Shown one piece after another: positions 13,918 to 27,240 of a DNA stretch of 64,000 nt. Position 1 is the stretch's first letter. Each line of letters begins with the position of its first letter. The notes under the pieces were generated by a model. It did no database searches and was not told the origin of the DNA. It saw only the letters and a list, made by a program, of their open reading frames with translations. The DNA comes from Paramecium tetraurelia (taxonomy: Eukaryota), in NCBI GenBank assembly GCA_000165425.1, contig CT868674.1:1-64000 (forward strand), given 5' to 3'. The position numbers and the translations under genes were made by a program.

Positions 13918-15399
13918 TAATTTAATAAAGATTGTAATAGTTAAATTCGCATAAATTAATCTTAATTCTTGGTCTTGATTCAATTTACAAGAATAAATTC
14001 TTTCTTATTGTTAAATGAGCAAAAAAGATCATTTAAGATTTATTCTTAATCTAATCATTTAAAAATTTAGGTAAAATATTTATCTTATTTTACACATTTA
14101 TGATATTCAAATTTTCACTCCTGATTAATCTTAGCGTACTTGAAGTCATTCTTCATATTTTTTAAATCTTATTTACCCAGATTCTAGCATGATAACTAAT
14201 TATAAATGGTGAACTATTAAAATGTTCCCTTCTTATCTTAGAATTTAAGTATGATAATTTTATACCCAATTCAGAAAACTTTGATAAATATAAGGAATTT
14301 CTATCTTACAATAAATTACATCTCAAAATTTTGAATTTATTGGTCTTATCAATTGAAGGGAAATTATGTAATTTAACTTATGTTTAATTATTGCAAACTG
14401 TCTTTTGGTGAATAATTGATAATTCTTATGGGTCTGGTTTTATACCCAACCTTTTTAAACTCCTTAATTTAGGTTTAGACAGATCTTAACTTTTAAATAA
14501 GAGAATCTTCTAATTAATTAGTTCTAAAAAAAACAGATTCAAATACTTTTTGGGTTTTGTATTCCACTCTGTATATATCTTCCAAAAATATGAAGTTGAA
14601 ATTTGCAGAATTTTAAAAAACGTATTTAAACCTAAATGATTATTAATTTATTTTACTCTGATTTGATGATTTTCTATATTTTATTACTTTCCTTCCATTT
14701 AGAAGCATTAATCATCTATATCAATTCTAGGTTAGTTGTATAAATAATTGATTATTGAATATAAAATAAATCCCAAATACACTTCTTTGCCAGATATTTG
14801 TTTTTTAGACACCTCAAAAAATATTTTCATAAAATGTGGTGATTGATTATGGGTGATATATCAAGACATATAAAAAATAACTCATTCTCCAAAAAAATGA
14901 TTAAAAATACTCTTTAGAATGATTCTTTAATCATTCTGCATTCCTACCTTGATACATAATGATTATTCTAATAACTTAATTATTTTTAATCAAATCAACA
15001 TTGAAAGAGAAAATCTAATTTATTTGACATTTAACCGAACTGTTTGAATGAGAAATAAAGCCTGAATTAAGAAAAACCCATTTCAAGAATTTAAACATTA
15101 GAAATGTAATAAAAATTTATAAAATAATTATTTCCTATTCTTCGGTTTTTATCGGCTATTTTCATTTGACTGAATAATGCTTCTAATTAGGTCATTTCTT
15201 AAATTATAATTAATAATTTCAATATAACTCATTAAAAAACCTTAATTAGCAATTATACAGGTTCTCTACAGATTAAACACTATTTTAATGCTAATTCTTT
15301 ACAGTTGTGACAATAGATAAAATGACCACAAGGAGAGGCCACGTATTACTTTGGAAATTCAAAACAAATCTAACATAAACTAGAATCATCTAATTTAGT

Positions 15400-16330
15400 T
15401 TATTGTTTTTATTAATATTGGATATTTTCTTACTCCTTATCTTCCATTTTTTAATTATCAAATTATTTTACTATATCTAAAGGCTATTTAAAGACTTATG
15501 GTTATTTAGGTTGGTTGTATGATTTTTTATTCCTTTCTTTCTCATATCTTTCTTATTCTACTAATCGTTTATTTTTCATACTCAGGTTCTTAAATATATT
15601 GTTTAAATTGTTTCTCTTCATAATTAGGTTTATTCCTTTGACTATTTTTACAATCATATATATTGTATTAAGATTGAAATTATTTATCCTTTTAATATTT
15701 AAAAAAATTCCTTTCGTCTAATTGAGATCTTTCCCTTAGCTTGTTATCAGCATCAATATCAATCTAAAATATGTCTGCTTATTAAAATAAAAAATCAACA
15801 CCAAATTTCAGATATTCATTTAAAAGCTAAAAATTATGAAAAAATTGTATACATCATTGCAGTTATGGCAAATTTAAATAAGGGGATCAAGATGTTTTTT
15901 TTTTAAACTTAGCTTTGTAAATTAATCGCTTATCTATTGATGGAACACAATATTTAAAAATTTTAATTTCTTTAAGATTATGGTAGTGCTCCAATTTTTT
16001 GATCTTAAGTAATTTAGAGTTATTGAATCAATCCATTGTACACCAAATGATAATCTTTGGCAATTTAATCTTTTCGATTGATTTTCTGTAATTCTGCTTC
16101 TAAATTCTATAATTTATTGTTAAGCTTAGACTTTTTATTCGAATTGTTATTTTCAATACTTAACTATAATTGTTCTTTAGTGGATTATAATTTTTAAATG
16201 ATTTTCTATTTTTTTTCTTCCGTTTTCTAATTCATTCCATAAAATTTTCCTTTAAACTTGTTTTAATGGCTGGTTAATTTTTTTTGAAAGTTTTATGCCT
16301 CACTTTCAAATGATTCTTATAACTTTTTCA
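15400..16330 (-). pseudogene. Decayed gene relic (Lys/Glu-rich with Cys remnants)
   Basis: Coding-like composition on the minus strand but repeated TGA codons and frameshifts in all frames. Confidence 0.25.
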
Positions 16331-16509
16331 TATTATTCTTTTATAAACTTAAATGATAAAACTTATGTTATTACGAAGTAATGAAAGTGTTTGTATTATT
16401 TGATAAATTCTGGTTGAAGATTTAAAGAAAAAATTGAAATATTTGATTATGGAAAACATGGTAACTGAAATAGAGAAAATATATATTTAAATTATTATTC
16501 AAGAATATT

Positions 16510-18349
16510 ATGATACGCCCGGGCTCATCTATGAGTAAAGCGAAATAAACAAAAGTCTCTGCTCCAGTAGGTGGAGGATTGGCTGTAAAAGTAGTTGAAT
16601 AAAAAATGCCAACTCTCGAGGATTATGTAAAAAATAGGGATTGGGTTGGAGCAGTTGCTCTATTGGAAAATGAATAAAAGTAATTTTACAATTAGAAAAA
16701 TAAGCTTTAATGATTCACGTGCCGAACCCAAGTTGTGGCTAGCCTACGCATATTTCCACAATGGAGATTACAAGTAAACAATATAATTATTCAATTAGAA
16801 AAGCAATTTAAGTTTACGATCAAATGATGAGCAAACCTGACTACAATAAGGAGATACATGTGTATAAAGCCTGTTGCTATTATGCACTTTGCTAATATGA
16901 AGATTCAAAAAGAGAATGCTCAAAAGGACCAGAAACTCCTTTGGCTGTCAGATTGTAATAAAATTTGAGATATAAAGATAATTTCATATTGCACATAAAA
17001 AAAATGATGAAAAGAATCTTATGACTTATCATCATAAGATATCTGAAAATGTGCATGATTAATTATGCCTAGCTGCTATTCATTATTTAAGAGGACATTA
17101 TGAAGAAGTAATTAATTTGGATTATAAAACTTTAGGCAACGGATGCGTATAAAAAACTATTGTTAGAGAATCGAGAATATACAGCTATTAATGTTTATGT
17201 GGCTTTATGTTATTATAAAATGGAGTATTTTGATGTTTCAATTGAAATCCTACAGTCTTATTTAAATCAATATCCTACGAGTGTTACTGCTGTGAATTTG
17301 AAAGCATGCAATTAATTTTCATTATACAGCGGTAAGGCAGCTGAAGAGATAATGAAGCCTTTACAATAAGCTTATGAGGGAGGAAATGTTTTCGCTGATA
17401 ATGATTTATTAAGACATAATTTAGTTGTGATGAGAGGTGGAGAAAATGCATTATAAACATTGCCTCCATTAGTAGAAATATTTCCAGAGGCTAAATTGAA
17501 TCTGATAATTTACTATTTAAAAAACGATGAAGTCGAGGAGGCATTCAATTTAGTTAAAGATCTCTAACCTACTTCCCCTAAAGAATATATACTTAAGGCA
17601 ATAGTATATGCTATGAAGGGTCAATTAAATCTAGATTAAAAAGAAGCATTAAAAACTGCTCAATAATTATTTTAATTGGTAGGATCATCTGCCAGTGAAT
17701 GTGATACTATTCCAGGAAGGTAGTGTATGTCCTCATGTTTCTTTTTATGCAAGTAATTTGAGGATGTGTTAGTTTACTTAAAATCAATAAAAAATTACTT
17801 CTCAAGTGATGATGATTTTAATTGGAATTATGGAATTGCATGTGCTGGAGTTGGAGATTATAAGGAGGCTGAAGACGCACTCGTAGCAATACAAGCTGAG
17901 AAATATAGAGTATTGATTATTAAATAAATAGTCTGATGATTGTTACTTAAAATGGATGACAAGAACCTTCATTATGAATGGAAAACCAAAGTATTTTCAT
18001 TAATTCATTTTATAGAGAGGCTTGGGAATTGTATTTGAATATGGATCCTTCTTCAGAGTCTTTCTAAATTTTGCAACTTATAGCTAATGATTGTTATAAA
18101 ATGGGCCACTTTTATTACGCTGCAAGAGCGTTTGATATTTTGGCTAGATTAGATTCGGATCATGAATATGAAGATGCTCTCAAAGGATCTGTTGTTGGAG
18201 TATTTTAAATGGTTATTGCATCCAAAGCCACCTTAGATCAATTGCTTGAGGTAATGAACCTGTTAACTACTCTTGGGGATAATCCTTAGGTTGAATACAT
18301 CATTACCATTATTAAGAAATGGGGGAAGTAAAATAATTGGAAAATCTGA
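16510..18349 (+). CDS. IFT56: Intraflagellar transport protein 56 (TTC26/DYF-13), TPR protein
   Basis: [73 protein letters not shown] match TTC26. Six short introns (e.g. 16680-16704, 17910-17931). Confidence 0.95.
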
Positions 18350-18381
18350 TCATTATAATATTTTAATTATTAAGATTAACA

Positions 18382-19116
18382 ATGAATCCAATCGATATTT
18401 TTCAAACGATGGTCAAATAGGATGCCTAGTATCATATATGATTCATATTCACAAGATTTGTGAACAACCATGCTCAAAACTCTTTTCGAATTTTCAAACA
18501 AAATGTAAAAAATTCTAGAATGGTTTTAAACAACAAAGTAAATAATCCTTAAGAAACTTTTACTTCGAGAAATGCATATTAAGTCCCTTAATATCATCTA
18601 AAAGAGTAACAATATAAAAAAGTCGAAGAATGGCAAAAATAATAGGACTTATTGGTTAAGTATTCTTATTAAAATAATCATTTCATTCCAAATTACCCTT
18701 CAAAAATAAAAGCAGATTTATCTCTAAGATTTTAAAGACATTATGCCTAAAACCAATAATTTGATAAGGTAAAAGATCAAAATGATTCTTATTAACAAAC
18801 AAACGAGATTAATTAAACTACGAATAATAATACTGAGTTGGCTGAATAAATAATATAGAAAACTATCATAAAAAAAGTGGAAATACAAAAAAAATCAAAT
18901 TTAAAGAGAGCAAAAAATCAGACAACCGAAAAAAAGACAGTCAAGATAAAAGATAATAAGAAATCAATCTCTGAATCACCCGAAAATCAACCTAAGCTAA
19001 TCAATAAACCTCCTTTACCCAAAATTCAAAATGATAAACTCTCGGAATAACAAACATCCCTATAATAATAACCTGGAATGGAAACTGTAGATTCATTTCT
19101 TAGAAATGCCAAATGA
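18382..19116 (+). CDS. Hypothetical protein (~235 aa, basic, low complexity)
   Basis: Open code-6 frame ATG 18382 to TGA 19114-19116 with one 27-nt intron 18429-18455. Confidence 0.75.
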
Positions 19117-19269
19117 AAATAAAAATTCCATTTATAATTATTTCAACAGAAGCATTTAAGAAAAATTTCCAATCATTTGTTCCATATTTTGATTATTTTC
19201 CTTTTATTTATATTAAAACCTCTTTTCAGAAAATTTGAAAGTCTTTACATTATTTCTATATTAGAGATA

Positions 19270-20180
19270 GATTTGCTTCCTGATGTCTTTGGAAGGGCAA
19301 ATATCATTAGTTTTTATTATAATCAGGTATATAATAATAAATGAAAGCGTTATGAAAAAGAATATTTCCAGTTCTTAATTTTGTAGCAAAGCGATTTCTA
19401 GTTCTTGAATATAAGAAATACATGTTTTTTCAAATTCTTTTACTTAATTAATTGCTGTGATCTCATTTTATTATTATAAATATTCAGATTAAGAATCTGA
19501 ATTTTATGTTTTTACTCTCAAAATTTTTTAAGAATTTTTATTATTGACAATATAAGAAAGGCTTTGAGGTTAAATGAGTTTATCCAGTATATTATCTTAA
19601 TTGCTGTAGTCTCTGTAGAAATTTCTTTTAAAGTAACAACTATAAATGTCTATCAGCTCCCTTAAATTATGAATTAGCTCAATTATATTAAAAAAATACA
19701 GTTATAAAATTAAACAATATTTTGATCTATATGACACTTTTTCAAATTAATCTTGATATTTTGATCTATAAAATTTAACTCTACAAAAAGATGATCTTAT
19801 TTGAACTATAATGATACAATTATATGTGAAATTGTCTCTAACTAACTTAAAATGCAACTGATCAAATTTTTTATTATTAAAGCTACCCTGATTTATAATC
19901 TAAATAAATCCAGGCAACACTTTACTGAGATTAGTTTTATATTTAACAGCTTAAGAGATATTTGATAAAGAATTCACTTGATGTTACATAAATACTCCCT
20001 GAAAAATGAAAAATAAGGAAAGGTTTAATTTAGCTACTATTTCCTTTTTATCTTTTTCTAATCTTAGAAAGCTCTGCCAAAAAATTCACCTGATAAATAT
20101 GTAGACAAATTATTTAGGTCAATAATGTAAACATTATTAAATAGTAGTAGTATAATAATAGTTTCCTTTTTAGTCATGTA
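19270..20180 (-). pseudogene. Possible decayed coiled-coil gene
   Basis: Coiled-coil-like stretches (EITAINQVKEFEKTCISYIQELEIALLQ) broken by TGA codons and frameshifts. Confidence 0.25.
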
Positions 20181-20252
20181 TATGTGATATAAATAGAGTG
20201 TAAAATAAAAGAAATAGAATAGATTAAAAAATAAATAAATGTATTTTATAAT

Positions 20253-22324
20253 TCATTTTAAAATATATTAAATTAATTCTGAAAAGTCTCTTTTCCACAA
20301 TGATTTTACATTTTCAATATTCATATCAAATTAAGATCTTAAATTGCATTTTGAAACATATGTGTCGATTAGTAAATCTTCAAGATATTGGAGATTTTTT
20401 GGCAGCACTTTATAAATCTCTGATAACTCTTATTCTGTAGAATAAATTTGCTAAAACTCTTTGCTTAGAACAGAAAAAGGGTTATCAACCAAGAGCTCTT
20501 TGATTGCAGGTAGAATTTCATAGTTTCTAAATTAAATCCATATATTACTTTTATTATTTAATACAATCATCGTATTAAGACTTGATTTTTTATAAATATA
20601 AAACAACGCTATCGTTTTTGCATTCCCATTTGACTTCCACTTATATTCCTCTTTCGTTTGCCTTACCCATAATAAATTGTCTACAAGCATATATGGCGGA
20701 TATTGAATCACTTTTAAATAAAGCTTGGCCCTACTTAAATTTGATTTAAAGATAGCTATCTAAGGTAGCATTTCTAAATAAATGGGTTTGTGTGTCTTCC
20801 TATGAATTTTGTAACTATCATTATTATCAAATCAATTACATCTGTTAAATCATTAACCCACATTATCATATCTTACTTAGTGAATTCACCCTTTAAATTC
20901 AACGTACTCAAAGGTAAATGTTTGATATTCATTAAATTAATTGATTAATACTACCCCAAAGGTTTGACATTTATAGAAAAGCTTTAACTAGAATTGATAT
21001 CGATTGGGATCACAAAAATATTGTAAATATCACTTTAATTAATAGTAATTTCATAATTGCTCACTTTAAGATCCTTTATTGTATAGCACTTTTAACTCTT
21101 TTGACCATTCAATACAATTATATCAATAGGATATTAACAATCTATTATTAATTTATAAGATCCATCCTTATCATTTTTAATCAATTTGTGAGAAACCTTA
21201 AACTTAACTTACACTTTATTACTATTGTTTTATTTGCTAACATTACCAGTTTTTTAACTATCCTTCATTTATTTATTCTATAGCTCTGCTATTTCTGTTT
21301 TTAATTGTTTAATTTGAAGTTCTATATCTTTTTAATTCTTTGAGATTGAGTTATTTTACCCTTCTCTTAAAAGTAATAATCTCCCTTAAAAAGTTGATAT
21401 AATAATCTCCGTTGGACCATTTAAATTAAAAAATTATCCACATTCTATACTAGTGATTCCTTCATTAATTTTTTTTTAAACCCTCAATTAATCATCTTAA
21501 TAAACTTCCACAATGCCATCTTATCTTGCAATAATTAAATCAGTTTTTCCTGTTTTGAAGAAATCATAAGGTTTAATTGAAGCAATGCTGGAAACTTTGA
21601 AGGTAAATAGAATATTAGCTCTTTCTATTCCAAGGTCAGCGGCAACAATCGTACCATCTTCTAACCCAAATACAAAGCATCTTCTATGTTCAATTCTGTT
21701 TTAACTTGAAATTTCTTTGTATTATGGAGCATAAACATGCATGCATATAACAGGAGAAGTCATAGCAACTACATATAAAACTTAATCTTAATTTAAGACC
21801 CGTACACATGAATCCTAGCATCCTAAAATAGGATGTGCCTTGCTTGATAAATAATGCACTTATAAACAATTAATTTTTCCAGGACTCAAAAAAAAACACA
21901 GTTAGCCAACTTTATCATTTTAATATGTATATTCGTTTAGCATATATTCTCCAGCTGTAAACATTTAATTCCCTTCTATCATTGCAAATTAAATCAAATC
22001 AGCACTGTATGTATCATGCTTTAGGTATTCTTTTAATTTTTTAGTCAATCCTAAAACCTAACTACCGCTAGTCACTATTATTCTATCTTTTTCAGATGTG
22101 GCTGGTGATATCAATAAATCTAAGTAATTTATATCTTTTCCCGTTGAAATTTATTGTTTATTTTCTATTTTTAATTAGTCACCATTAGCTTCTAAAAGAT
22201 ATAAGTTTCCTTAATCGTCAGCCACCAACAATTATTGCAATTTATTGTTATTTGGAAATGCGCGGATTGCATTTTTCAAATTTTAGAGTCGAAACACCTC
22301 ACTCTATAACAGGGTATTATCCAT
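20253..22324 (-). CDS. BBS7: Bardet-Biedl syndrome 7 protein (BBSome subunit), ~674 aa
   Basis: LLVADDQGNL, DRIIVTSGSQVLGLTKK, FFLSPGKIN, PILGCQDSCVRVL match the BBS7 beta-propeller. Introns 20815-20839 and ~20527-20548 keep the frame to the TGA at 20253. Confidence 0.88.
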
Positions 22325-22352
22325 AATTATTTATTTATTAAATATTAATCAA

Positions 22353-23860
22353 TCATGATAGGCCTACTGCCTATTATAAACGATCCACAAGTTTATTTCC
22401 TCCAATATCATATGCTGTATTGAAGATATCTCCTAGTTAGCATTTCAATTTGATTATCTGATCATTATATCTTTCCTTTTCTTCTGATTGTTATTATTTT
22501 AGTTTGATTTCATTTTAAATGGCTTTTTGTACTTAGTCTTTATATTAATTTAATACTCTAAATATTATAATTAATTTGATTACTTATTAAACTATTCTTC
22601 ATTTGATTAATATTATGTTAATTATTTTCTTAATTGTGAAATTTAAGAAGCATCTTTATTGTCAAAATCCTAATCTTTTTGTAATTTATTTATTAAATCT
22701 GTTTTATCGACTAACTAAGCCTAGACATTTTTTAATTGAACTTAATATAAGGCATAATCTTATTCTTGTTTTTTTTATTCTCTTTAAATTTATTTTTCTA
22801 AATCATTTATTTTTTTTTACATTAATTCCATGTCTTTATTATTCCCAGCTGATTTTCTATTTTATTACTATTATTCCAATTCTTCATATTGGCTTATTCT
22901 TTGCTTCATTACTTACATTTAACCAAGAGCATTTGATAACTTCTAATCAGATTAAGCTACTAATTATTGTTTTAATTTTAATTGTTCATTAAACTCAATA
23001 ATTTATTACTGCAATTATTTATTTTAAATCTCCAATTACTTTACTCTGTTGTCTAAATTTTTCCTAAAATCGTCATGACTAGAAATTGATTCCTCATAGT
23101 TTTATAATTTATCCAAAGTCTCATAAAGTTTTTATTTTGTTGCTTCTAACTATTATTTTGTATCTGCCAATTATTCTTACTTAGTTTCAAGACTCTACTC
23201 TAACTATGATATCAGACTATCTTTTTGCTATACTTTTTTCATTTCTTGGCTTAATAATGTCCTAATTTCATCCATATCCGATTCTGTATAGAGAGCTTGC
23301 TGTTGATATTAATTTTGTTAAGATTATTTTTCATTTTGTATATTTCCACTATCATTCTGTGTTATTTAAGAAGCTGAACTCTAAATAGTATTTTATTGAT
23401 CTTCTTAATCCATATTAGAAGCAAATGATATTCTGCTCAATTAGTCAATATCCAATTCTTCAAGACATTTGAATTGGAATCTTATATGAATTTTTGCATG
23501 TCTATCTGGACATTTATCCAACTTTAGTTCTTCTCTTATATTTTCTAATTTTCTATTCAAATATGATGAAATGTCTACAGACACTTACCCTGCTACTTTA
23601 TTACCCTTTTATGATAGAAGAGTAATTGTAAATAAGCATTTCTTTTCTTTGAATTGATTATCCTGAAAATACATGTTTGAATTCATTTCTAATTCCTCAT
23701 TAAAATTAGCAACATTCACATTCAAATCCGATTGTTTGCTTTCTAATTTTTATTTTCCTCTTTTCCAGGCTACTTAGAGTTTGCAAGGAAAATTGATTGC
23801 AATGACTACTCTTTCAATGAAAACTTTCAAACTAAATTTAAACACTCTTATATTATTCAT
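22353..23860 (-). CDS. NT-type C2 domain (EEIG1/EHBP1-like) coiled-coil protein, 493 aa
   Basis: N-terminal ...CKLQVAWKRGKQK...ANFNEELEM...FKEKKC (NT-C2 signature), then a Gln/Glu coiled coil. One 26-nt intron at ~22558-22583. Ends GGNKLVDRLQQAVGLS*. Confidence 0.85.
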
Positions 23861-23883
23861 ATATTATTTTATAAATTTCTAAT

Positions 23884-24916
23884 TCAAAATCTCTAAGCAA
23901 TTACACTCCATGTTCTTACAATATGATAAAGTTAGAAGAACCAATCCTCCTTAACATACTACTCAATTAATTTTATTTAATGTTTCAATAAGCCTGCTCT
24001 TGGGTATTAGCGAAGAATTTTATCTATAACATCAGCCACATCATCCGCATTCAAAATTACATATTACATTTTCATTATCTTTTATTATGCAAACAATATC
24101 ATCATTTTCTCAATAGGGCATTTGTAGTAAAATATAAAATCAAGTAAATGTTCTTATTTATTCATTTCTTTAGTTGAATCATAAAGATTGAAAACTATTA
24201 CTTAAACCATCCATATGATCAAAATTTCATAAATACGCTTAGGTATTATTATTTCTTTAATGGAATTGTAAATTTCACAAATAATCATAGTGGCCAAACT
24301 AATAATTAATTTAAGATTGTTAGATTTTATTGTTGTAATCCAATGATCCTAATTTTAATTATTTTTATACAATGAGTTGGAATATAATAAATTTTTTATT
24401 AGAAATTCTAATGAACATTTAATATAGTAACTTTTCTCCAAATATTTCAGCATTGTTCTCAGATATTTATTTGTTTTTGAGGACTTGAAATTAATCTGCT
24501 TGATTTTATTGCTAACTTCTTTGGAATAAGGAAACCTCTAAAGTATTTATACTATTGTACAAGTCTTAAAATTGTAATTAGCTCAAATTAAATTGATTTA
24601 GAATTTGATTTGATTCTTCGATACTTACAGATCCTAATTATTTAAGCCGATCAGAGAACTATTTCTAGTTCATCTTTTTTCCCAATGAGACTTGCTTAAG
24701 AGAAGTAAAATGATCATTTTCAAGCACTTGTGCTTATTAACTCAGATTTATTTATTAGACAAATTTTAGTGTGCGTTGTAGTTCATTTCTATCTTAAGAA
24801 TATTATTCTAAAGCCATAAAATATTATATCGTGTCACAAACAAATCCAATCAAAGCCTGGCTTGATTAAACAATTTTAATATCGTTTTCTTCTGTCCCTT
24901 TACATTGATTGCCCAT
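23884..24916 (-). CDS. Putative N-myristoylated protein with a divergent C-terminal VPS9-like (Rab5-family GEF) domain, ~336 aa
   Basis: Starts MGNQC. One 22-nt intron (~24350-24371) keeps the frame. C-terminal YKCPIEKMMIL...LNADDVADVI resembles the VPS9 P.DKL...GADDLLP motif. Confidence 0.65.
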
Positions 24917-25458
24917 GAAATTTATCGAAACAAAATAAATTTTTTATATATCAATTATTATGAATTTTTTACATTCACTCATAGTATTGCAATATTATTC
25001 CAAGGTCGAATGAAAATCAAAATTTCATTCATGTTGCATTCAAGATGAAATGGAAAATCATTATTCCATTTTTATAATTATTTTATACATAAAAACATAT
25101 TTCTTTTTATTTTTTATTATTGATGAATCAAAAATATTATACTTTTGTTTCTCAGCTGCTCTAAAACAGTACAAAATGTATTTTTATAGATTGTAAAGTA
25201 GAAGGGGAAATTACAATATTTATTTTTTTTAATCTACTACAGCTCAAAAGCTTTAATATTATCTTCATTATAACAACATAATTAGATAATACTAAAATTT
25301 TAGTAAGGGTTATGAGAAACCGAAACTTTCTAAAATATTGTATTTGTTACATAGTTTATTATCGATAATTCTTCATTTAATATAGAGATTTCTTTTTGAA
25401 GTAAGAAAATTAATTCAGATTTATCAAAAATATTGAATTTAATTTAACACCTATATTA

Positions 25459-26032
25459 TCATTTATTTTTTCTTTAGAGTTTGGAAAGCCATTTTAGCAT
25501 TTCATCAATGTTTGAATTTTTTTTGGCCGAAATACTGAAACACGCAACTACTCGATCTTTTATTGAATTTAAGTTCATTTGTGTAATAAGTTCTTATTCC
25601 GTAATACTAGAAATATCGATAAATATGTTACCATCCTTAGAGATCGTATTTATTTCCTAAGACTAATAAAGGGATCCCCTCTAAACTAGGCCAAGAGATT
25701 AGCTAATTAAGTTACTACCTAGCTATATCTAAGTTTCCTTAATCTTGTGCGTCCACAACAAAAATAATTACATCAGCTGATCTGCAGTATTTTTCCCATT
25801 GTTCTCGAAACCTTGCTTATCCTCCAACATCCCACATCTTCATCTGCACTTTTCCTTTCTTCACTGATCTAAAATTAAATCCTATTGTTGGAATGGTATC
25901 CTCCTCGAATTTTCCAGTAGCCATAGTATTAACGAGGGTTGTTTTCCCAGCATTTTATAACCCAACCAAAGCGATTTCAAGCTCTTTTCCAAAAAATAAC
26001 TCTCTAAACCAATTTGCAAATTTCTGCAACAT
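25459..26032 (-). CDS. ARL8: ADP-ribosylation factor-like GTPase 8, 182 aa
   Basis: GLQNAGKTT P-loop, [36 protein letters not shown]. 25-nt intron 25607-25631. Confidence 0.93.
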
Positions 26033-26929
26033 ATATTTTGTATTTATTTAATCAAATTATGAATGACAACACTTAGAAATAGAAAATGCATACAATCAAA
26101 AATTTATTATTGATATTCAAAACTAATAACTGCATTGACAATTATTTTTGCTTTTTTCTACTACACAATTGAATTTAACCTGCATATTTCTCCTTAAATC
26201 AATTTTATTTGATATTTATTTTTGAGTATCTATTCTATCATCATAATTCAAGCTATTCAACTTTTTCGCTCATTGCTTTATTCCCTCTACTTAAATTGTT
26301 CCCTTTTTTATAGTGCGTCCATATTACTAGGATCAAATTCTAATATATAAGCGCTATATATTATTGGATTCAACTTCTTATGTAGTATTTGCTAATTCTT
26401 TTATCACATAGTATTCTTTTTATTTAATATAACAGATGGATTGTGATTGCATGGAAGGTACAAAATTTATACAAGCCATTAACATTTATTTCTTAAGTTA
26501 TTTTTGCCATAACTTCTGAATCATTAATGACTCTGTCGTCTTTTATTACACATTAGAATATAGTCATCAAACTTAGAAGTTTTTAGTGCTATCCATCCAT
26601 GCTGCTCGTCTTTAAAGTTTTCTTGATCACTTATGGTGGTGAATTTATAAAATTATTAATAGCATGGACATAGAAAAATTGAAATATGAAATAATTCATT
26701 TATTTTAATTTTCATCAAAATTTTATCAACACATATATAAAATAATATAATTATTGTTAAATAATTAGAAAGGAATAATCTATTATTAATTCAATCAGAT
26801 AAATTATTTTAAATAAATAGAGGAGAGATCGAGCAAAATTTTAATACTGCTCATGCTTGGAAAATAAATTCATTGAGAATAATATAGAAATCATAAAAGT
26901 CAAAATGTTTTTTATGAGATTATAATATA

Positions 26930-27217
26930 TCACTACTTTTTTTTTATTTGATTTTATAGTAGATTGCTTGCATAAGTTGGAGTCATTTTTTTAATATCGT
27001 CTTAATTGTATCCTAAGTCTGAAAGATCATTTTTCATTTATCTTGTAATCTAAATTAATGATGAATTTATAGTTATTACCATAAAAGGAATTTATTGTGA
27101 AGTTTTCTCATTATTTGGATCTAAATAATCAGCAAAGTTTTCAATTTTCTAAGCACCATATTTAGCGATTTTTTCTGGATCTGTCACGTTCTTTATCACA
27201 GAAAGAAATTTTTTCAT
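26930..27217 (-). CDS. Small (~85 aa) uncharacterised protein
   Basis: ATG 27217 to TGA 26930, probable 30-nt intron. C-terminal motif IPFMITRQMKNDLSDLGYNQDDIKKMTPTYASNLL. Confidence 0.7.
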
Positions 27218-27240
27218 AATTAATAATATTAACAAATATT

